This document shows positions 58,256 to 64,000 of a DNA stretch of 64,000 nt, one piece after another. Under the pieces are notes generated by a model. That model was not told the origin of the DNA. It made no database searches and was given only the letters and a program-made list of their open reading frames with translations. This DNA comes from Candidatus Marinacidobacterales bacterium (lineage in GTDB: Bacteria > Acidobacteriota > Vicinamibacteria > Marinacidobacterales > SMYC01). The first letter of the stretch is position 1. Every line of letters begins with the position of its first letter. The position numbers and the translations under genes were made by a program. The stretch spans positions 288,001 to 352,000 of the forward strand of contig CBDCYI010000004.1 of NCBI GenBank assembly GCA_965224085.1. The letters run 5' to 3'.

Positions 58256-58947
58256 TCTACGCGGGCTGCTCCGGCTACAGCTTCAAGGAATGGGTCGGCT
58301 ATTTCTATCCGCCGAAGACAAAGTCGAAAGACTATCTCGAGCACTATGCGACGAAGCTCAACAGCGTCGAGATCAACCACACGTTTCGCCGCTTTCCGAG
58401 ACTCGAGGTCATCGACGCGTGGGCGGAGAAAACGCCGGAGCATTTTCGTTTCTCGTTCACGATGCATCAGAGCGTCACGCACATGGCGCGCCTCAAAGAT
58501 GTCACCCGCTCGGTCTCGGACTTCCTCGACGCGCTCATCCCGCTCAAGAAGCGCCTCGGCGTCGTGCTCTTTCAACTCCCTCCTTTCTTCAAGCTCAACC
58601 ACGAGCGTCTCGACACCTTTGTCGAGGAGCTCCCGCTGGGTTTTCGCTACGCGATGGAGTTTCGCCATGCGTCGTGGAACGAGCGTGCAGTCGTCAAGAA
58701 ATTGGAAGCTGCTGGCATCGCGCTCTGCGCTGCCGAGCTCGAGATCGACGCCGAGGAGATCGTGCAGACAGCGCCGTTCATCTATCTGCGCCTCAGAAAA
58801 CCGCCGCCATATACGGACGCGGAGATCGAGAGCCTGCGCTCGCTCGTCCGCAAAGCAGCTTCTGACGCGGAAGACATATACGTTTACGTGAAACACGACG
58901 ATGTGGGTATCGCTCCGGAGCAAGTGGAGCGCATTGTTGTAACCTGA
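58252..58947 (+). CDS. DUF72 protein
   Basis: GCSGYS..W...FYP, VEINHTF, LFQLPP, EFRH.SW. GTGA overlap. Confidence 0.9.
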   Translation: MIYAGCSGYSFKEWVGYFYPPKTKSKDYLEHYATKLNSVEINHTFRRFPRLEVIDAWAEKTPEHFRFSFTMHQSVTHMARLKDVTRSVSDFLDALIPLKKRLGVVLFQLPPFFKLNHERLDTFVEELPLGFRYAMEFRHASWNERAVVKKLEAAGIALCAAELEIDAEEIVQTAPFIYLRLRKPPPYTDAEIESLRSLVRKAASDAEDIYVYVKHDDVGIAPEQVERIVVT

Positions 58948-58994
58948 AGGTGGGTTTCTTGTTAAACTTCCAACGTCAAGCCGAAGGAGGGTCT

Positions 58995-59690
58995 ATGTAT
59001 CCGGAACAGTCCATGACCATGCCCGTGGCGGCGCTCGACACCGACCGCCGGGCGACGTTTCTAACCCGCACTTATTCGCATTTGCTGGGCGCGATTCTCG
59101 GGTTCACCGTGCTCGAAGTCATGCTGTTCACGAACGGCTTGGCCGAGCCCATTGCGCGCACCATGCTCGGCGGGAGCTGGCTCGTCGTTCTCGGGGCTTT
59201 CATGCTCGTGAGCTGGCTTGCGAGCCGGGCCGCGATGGGCGTCACCTCCTTGAGCACGCAGTACGCAGCGCTCGCTGGTTTCGTCGTCGCCTGGGCTATC
59301 CTTTTTGTGCCCCTTCTCTATATCGCGAACACCACGGCTCCTGGCACAATCCAGAGTGCGGCGCTCGTGACGATGATGGGCTTCGTCGGTTTGACCGCGG
59401 TCGCCTTCTCGACACGGAAAGATTTCAGCTTCCTCGGCGGCATGCTGCGCTGGATTGGCGTCATGGCGATCGTCCTCATCGTCGCCTCCGTGATCTTCGG
59501 GTTCGAGCTCGGCACATGGTTTTCGATCGCGATGGTGACGTTTGCCGGAGCGGCCGTGCTTTACGATACGTCGAACGTGCTGCATCACTTCCCTGAGGAC
59601 CGCTACGTGGGCGCCGCGATGCAGCTATTCGCTTCTATCGCGCTGATGTTCTGGTATGTGTTGAGGATTTTTCTGGGGAGCCGCGATTAG
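58995..59690 (+). CDS. Bax inhibitor-1/YccA membrane protein
   Basis: FL..TY.HL, KDFSFLG, YDTS, seven TM segments; RBS AAGGAGG. Confidence 0.9.
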   Translation: MYPEQSMTMPVAALDTDRRATFLTRTYSHLLGAILGFTVLEVMLFTNGLAEPIARTMLGGSWLVVLGAFMLVSWLASRAAMGVTSLSTQYAALAGFVVAWAILFVPLLYIANTTAPGTIQSAALVTMMGFVGLTAVAFSTRKDFSFLGGMLRWIGVMAIVLIVASVIFGFELGTWFSIAMVTFAGAAVLYDTSNVLHHFPEDRYVGAAMQLFASIALMFWYVLRIFLGSRD

Positions 59691-59824
59691 GAGCCCGCAA
59701 CTGCTTTCAAAAGCGTGACGCAAAAGCGCAAGGTAGCGCCAAGCGCAACGAGGGAAAAAGACAAGAAGATAAGGCGCGGTTCGAGGGCGTTACACTTTTA
59801 AGAACAGCGGATTCCTGGACCTTC

Positions 59825-60979
59825 CTACGGTCTGATTTTGATTTGATCGAGGAGGTCCTTGTTGCTCTTCGTTTTTTTCATCTTGTCGAGGAGGAGCGAC
59901 ATGGCCTCGGTTGGTTTGAGGCCGGCTAGAGCGCGGCGTAATAGATGGACCTTCGGGAGCTCTTCCTCGTCGAGAAGAAGTTCTTCGCGACGCGTGCCGG
60001 AGCCTGAGATGTCGATTGCGGGGAAGATGCGGGACTCGGCGAGCTTGCGGTCGAGCACGAGCTCCATGTTGCCGGTGCCCTTGAACTCCTGAAAGATCAC
60101 TTCGTCCATCTGGCTTCCCGTATCGACGAGAGCGGTGCCGAGAATGGTGAGGCTTCCGCCGTCCTCGACGTTGCGCGCAGCGCCGAAGAACTGGCGCGGG
60201 AACTCGAGCGCCCGGGAGTCGATGCCGCCGCTCATCGTTTTGCCTCGGCCCTTTTGCTCGCGGTTCGAGGCGCGTCCGAGTCGGGTGATCGAGTCGAGCA
60301 GGACCACAACGTCGGCGCCCATCTCGACTTGACGGCGCGCGCGCTCGAGCACGAGGCGCGCGATCCGCAAGTGGTTGGCGCTCGTGCCGTCCGACGTCGA
60401 GGCGATGACTTGCCCGTTGACCGTGCGGCGCATGTGCGTGACTTCTTCAGGGCGCTCGTCGATGAGGAGCACGTAGAGATGGCTCTCGGGGTAGTACTCG
60501 GCGACGGCACAGCCGATCTGTTCGAGAAGGATCGTCTTGCCCGTCTTCGGGGACGCCACGATAAGCCCGCGCTGGCCACGGCCGATGGGTGTGATGAGAT
60601 CCACCACCCTCATCGAGATCGGGTCTTCCGGCTTCTGGGAGAGCCGCAGCCGGTCGTCCGGGTGCTCGCTCACGAGCTCCGAGTATGGGCGCACTTCGGG
60701 GAGCTCCCTCAGCTTGAAGCCGTTCACACTGTCGACGGCCGTTAGCTCACGATGCGGTGGACCGCCGCGGCGGTTGTTCCGCCGGCGGGCCATTCCCGAT
60801 GGACCCTGGATGAACTGGCCCTCTTTCAGGAAGTACTTATTGACTAGGCGGTTAGGGACGCGAACGTCCTGGGGACCAGGGAGAAAATTCTTTTCTAGTT
60901 GCCGGAGATGTCCGTTACCTTGCGGTTCCAGCTCCAGCACACCTTCAGCTGCAATGGGAGGCGCAATTTGACGAGTCAT
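59825..60979 (-). CDS. rho: Transcription termination factor Rho (short form)
   Basis: PIGRGQRGLI..PKTGKT, LIDERPEEVT, LDSITRL, FFGAARN, EFKGTGNME, SGTRREE. Confidence 0.95.
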   Translation of the reverse strand: MTRQIAPPIAAEGVLELEPQGNGHLRQLEKNFLPGPQDVRVPNRLVNKYFLKEGQFIQGPSGMARRRNNRRGGPPHRELTAVDSVNGFKLRELPEVRPYSELVSEHPDDRLRLSQKPEDPISMRVVDLITPIGRGQRGLIVASPKTGKTILLEQIGCAVAEYYPESHLYVLLIDERPEEVTHMRRTVNGQVIASTSDGTSANHLRIARLVLERARRQVEMGADVVVLLDSITRLGRASNREQKGRGKTMSGGIDSRALEFPRQFFGAARNVEDGGSLTILGTALVDTGSQMDEVIFQEFKGTGNMELVLDRKLAESRIFPAIDISGSGTRREELLLDEEELPKVHLLRRALAGLKPTEAMSLLLDKMKKTKSNKDLLDQIKIRP

Positions 60980-61186
60980 AGACCTTTTTTTTCTTACTTT
61001 TGGCTCATTGCGGCCAACAGCGTCTATCATTAGGAAGCTATTGCGTCGCAACTGTTGTCCCGCCAGAACGGCCGGGACGTGGAGTTCCAATTGAAACTCT
61101 CACCGCACATGGTAGCAGATTCCGAGTGCAAGTGAAAGTGCGAAGTCTGAACGTTGTCGAAGGCCCAACGGTATGGGGTGCCACAC

Positions 61187-61472
61187 ATGACACGAGCTCG
61201 AGTAACCAAGTCGAGAAAGTCTTCATCGTTTGCTGCGAAACAAAAACTACGCGCCTACGTTCTGATTCAAACCGTGCCGGGACGCGTCGAGGCGAATCAT
61301 CCGCTCACTCGAGCGAATGCCCACCGTCGGGACGGTCGACCCAGTTACGGGCCCTTACGACATCGTCGCGCTGCTTGAGGTCGACGACATCCGCGAGATC
61401 TCCCACCACGTCGCCGGTACCATCGGTGGCATGCGGGGCGTGACCCACACGACCACGCTGATCTGTACCTGA
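61187..61472 (+). pseudogene. Stand-alone Lrp/AsnC ligand-binding (RAM) domain protein, frameshifted
   Basis: RAYVLIQTVPGRVEA, +1 frameshift near 61295, then IIRSLERMPTV..VTGPYDIVALLEVDD..GVTHTTTLICT*. Confidence 0.8.
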
Positions 61473-62300
61473 GCGCGTCCGCGCATCTTCGAGGTACGTC
61501 GTCGTCAAACGTGGCCGGCGCCCAGGCCATAGGCGGCTCGCCAAGTGGCCCGCAGCTGCAAAGCTCATCATACTCGATTTCGCGAGCAAACTGATCTCGG
61601 AAAATGGCGCATTCAGAATTCCCAGCCGTTCCAGCCGAAGCTCCGTCGTCCGGTGCACGTGGAGTAGAAAGTCCGGGAATTGTCTCAGCACGGGATGCTC
61701 GTCACTCGCGCGCCGTTCGACCGCCCGCGCCAGAAGGTCTATGGCAAAGAGTGACCAAAGCGAGAGCCCGAGAAGACGGCCTCGGTCGCGCGGTTTCTCC
61801 TGAAGCGCCTTGATCGTCTCCGATTCACCGAAGGCGACGTGGCGCTCTTCTTGCCGCGTGGCCCGCTGAAGAATCGATCGAATCTCCCGATGCTCGAGCG
61901 TATCGATGAGCCCGTAGAGCACCGTGAGCACATAACCTTCGCCGAGCGCCATCTCGAGGCACACATGCTCGTTCCAGTCATCACCCATCATGCCCGTCGA
62001 AAGAAAACGCACCGCAGGATGAGCAGCGCTAGGAGTAGCGGAGAGAATCTCGAAGATCTCGAGAAACCGATCGACGTGCTGCAACTCTTCCATCGCCTGG
62101 CGCGCAAGGAAATTCGCCGCATCCAGACTAGGCGCCCGATAAAGCCAATGCCCAACTTGGATCCCCGTCACCTCACCGTAAAGAAACTGATCGAAGATCC
62201 AGATGAGTAGCTCCCGATCCCGCTCCACATCGAATCGCCCCCCCCCAAAATCAAACGACATCTCTTCCCGCGTAAGAACCATCGGCGGCGGTGCACTCAT
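61305..62300 (-). CDS. Ferritin-like di-iron protein
   Basis: Two ExxH motifs (EELQH, EERH) plus GE sites. The C-terminal tail overlaps the Lrp gene antisense. Confidence 0.75.
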   Translation of the reverse strand: MSAPPPMVLTREEMSFDFGGGRFDVERDRELLIWIFDQFLYGEVTGIQVGHWLYRAPSLDAANFLARQAMEELQHVDRFLEIFEILSATPSAAHPAVRFLSTGMMGDDWNEHVCLEMALGEGYVLTVLYGLIDTLEHREIRSILQRATRQEERHVAFGESETIKALQEKPRDRGRLLGLSLWSLFAIDLLARAVERRASDEHPVLRQFPDFLLHVHRTTELRLERLGILNAPFSEISLLAKSSMMSFAAAGHLASRLWPGRRPRLTTTYLEDARTRSGTDQRGRVGHAPHATDGTGDVVGDLADVVDLKQRDDVVRARNWVDRPDGGHSLE

Positions 62301-62377
62301 AAGGGGATTGTCCCGAAGCGAGCGAACCCGGTCAAGCCCGAGCCCGGAATGCTGAATGCTGCTACGATGCACGGACA

Positions 62378-63064
62378 ATGCCCAACCTCAACGGAACCAT
62401 GGTGGAGTTCGCCGCCAATGGCGGCACCGCAAGCGGCTATTTGACGAAACCCGAGAGCGGCGAGGGCCCCGGCGTCGTCGTGATTCAAGAGTGGTGGGGA
62501 CTCGTCGGCCACATCAAGACGGTGGCGGACCGGATCGCGTCGGTGGGCTATATAGCACTCGCTCCGGACATGTATCACGGTGAAGCGACGAAATCCCCGG
62601 ACGCCGCCGGAAAGCTCATGATGGCTTTGAACATCGACGGCGCGGAGAAGGATTTACGCGGCGCGGTGGATTACCTCGCGAGCGAATCCACCCGCGAGAA
62701 GATCGGGGTCATAGGCTTCTGTATGGGCGGCCAGCTCGCGCTCTTTGCGGCTAGCAAGAACGACCGGATCGGCGCCTGCGTCGACTTCTACGGCATCCAC
62801 CCGAACGTGCTGCCGGATTACGCGCAGATGAAAGCGCCGGTGCTGGGCCTATTTGCCGAGAACGACGGCTTCGTCAACCCGGATGTCGTGAAGGAGCTCG
62901 AAGGGAAGCTGAAGGCTTTCGATGTGTCCACGGATTTTCACATCTATCCGGGTGTCGACCACGCGTTCTACAATGACGAGCGGGAGGTCTACAATCTTCC
63001 GGCGGCGACGGACGCGTGGAACCGCGTCCAGGACTTCTTCGGCAAGCACCTCAAGGCTTCTTAG
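62378..63064 (+). CDS. Dienelactone hydrolase family protein
   Basis: IQEWWGL, GFCMGG, YPGVDHAF. Confidence 0.94.
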   Translation: MPNLNGTMVEFAANGGTASGYLTKPESGEGPGVVVIQEWWGLVGHIKTVADRIASVGYIALAPDMYHGEATKSPDAAGKLMMALNIDGAEKDLRGAVDYLASESTREKIGVIGFCMGGQLALFAASKNDRIGACVDFYGIHPNVLPDYAQMKAPVLGLFAENDGFVNPDVVKELEGKLKAFDVSTDFHIYPGVDHAFYNDEREVYNLPAATDAWNRVQDFFGKHLKAS

Positions 63065-63770
63065 ATTTCTGCGCCATCCGACCGAGGTTTCGCACTTTGC
63101 GCGCAAGCGCGAGCACGAGCTTTACCTCGCGGGGCGTCAGCCCAGCGCGTCCGAAGAGTTCGCGCCATTCCGCGAAGCGTGGTCCCACGTTGTCTCGCGT
63201 AAAGAAGTTGACCTCGAGGAGCGCTTCTTCGAGCTTCGCGAGCGCGGGCTCGGCGTCTTTGAAGGGAGCTCTGTGCGGCGTTGTCTGTTCGGGTGCTTGC
63301 ACCTGATAGACCTCGTAGCAAGTGACCATCACGGACTGGGCCAGGTTGAGCGAAGGCTGCCGTGGATGAGACGGGATTCCGACTCGGCGCTGGCAGTGCC
63401 TCAGATCGTTCTCCATGAGACCTTGGGACTCGCATCCGAAGACGAGCGCAACGGGCGCGCTACCGTCGAGCGCGGCGATCTCGGCGGCCATCGCACGAGG
63501 CGTTATCGGCTTCACGCGCATTCCGGAACGTCCTGACAAGCCCGCGACGTAGACTGCGCCTTCGAGCGCTTCATCGAGGCTCGCGAATTCGCGCGTCGCC
63601 TCCAAGATATCCTCGGAGCGCCACGCCATGCGCCAAGCTTCGACGGTACGCCAATCGCACGGAGCGACGAGGTCGATGCCGTCGAGGCCGGTGTTCGCGA
63701 CAACACGCGCGACCGCGCCGACGTTGGCGGCGTTTTCGGGGCGAACTAGAACGACGCGGACTTTTGGCAT
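63051..63770 (-). CDS. TrmJ/LasT-family SPOUT RNA methyltransferase
   Basis: VVLVRP....NVGAVAR, VFGCESQGL, SLNLAQSV. Confidence 0.9.
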   Translation of the reverse strand: MPKVRVVLVRPENAANVGAVARVVANTGLDGIDLVAPCDWRTVEAWRMAWRSEDILEATREFASLDEALEGAVYVAGLSGRSGMRVKPITPRAMAAEIAALDGSAPVALVFGCESQGLMENDLRHCQRRVGIPSHPRQPSLNLAQSVMVTCYEVYQVQAPEQTTPHRAPFKDAEPALAKLEEALLEVNFFTRDNVGPRFAEWRELFGRAGLTPREVKLVLALARKVRNLGRMAQKSKKP

Positions 63771-63785
63771 ATATGAAGCTCTATT

Positions 63786-64000
63786 ATGGTGGATGAGCGA
63801 CCGTTCGAGAACGTGAAGCGTCGAGCGGACGCTTTTTGGCTTCCTAGGCGCAAGTGGCGCGAGCTCGTTTTCATCGGCGCCCTCGTTCCCGACGGAGATT
63901 TCTTCGTACGGGCGCCCACCCGGCCCATGCCGGCCTTTCGCGACCCCGATCTCTTTCCCGAGGGCGGGCGGTTTCGCGTGTATTTCGAAGACAACGAGCA
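63786..64000 (+). CDS. Hypothetical protein, runs off the window
   Basis: Open frame MVDERPFENV...FEDNE with host-like codons, divergent from the methyltransferase gene. Confidence 0.5.
   Translation, partial: MVDERPFENVKRRADAFWLPRRKWRELVFIGALVPDGDFFVRAPTRPMPAFRDPDLFPEGGRFRVYFEDNE

Noticed and set aside
1-64000. CRISPR arrays, tRNA/rRNA, anti-phage defence operons, prophage
   Set aside because: No spaced repeats, cloverleafs or hallmark genes recognised; only a VapBC pair.

Overview
GC-rich bacterial chromosomal DNA, probably Acidobacteriota (inferred from an ADOP-type permease relic, a TonB-dependent receptor with a carboxypeptidase-regulatory N-domain, VPS10-like propellers and a DUF4388/J-domain protein). 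I saw no rRNA, tRNA or CRISPR array. Ordinary genes (S1-domain protein, csp, mug-mutM, rho, transporters, PLP enzymes) are interspersed with heavy IS activity: an IS5/IS903-group end, two IS1634 copies at CTAG, a decayed IS1595 element with passenger genes and a nested IS200, and two tandem ISNCY-like copies at TAGCTA. About ten tiny or internally deleted gene relics are also present. The best candidate for an undescribed system is the ~15-33 kb island. There a putative sigma54-driven TonB-dependent receptor is co-oriented with a secreted DUF885-family protein, a secreted M20-peptidase-fold protein and a TMTC-like glycosyltransferase. The M20 protein has lost four of five canonical metal ligands, and both full-length DUF885 proteins have altered catalytic motifs, yet all three ORFs are intact. 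This suggests an uptake system built from pseudo-peptidase binding proteins. All family calls come from reading motifs by eye; no database searches were run.
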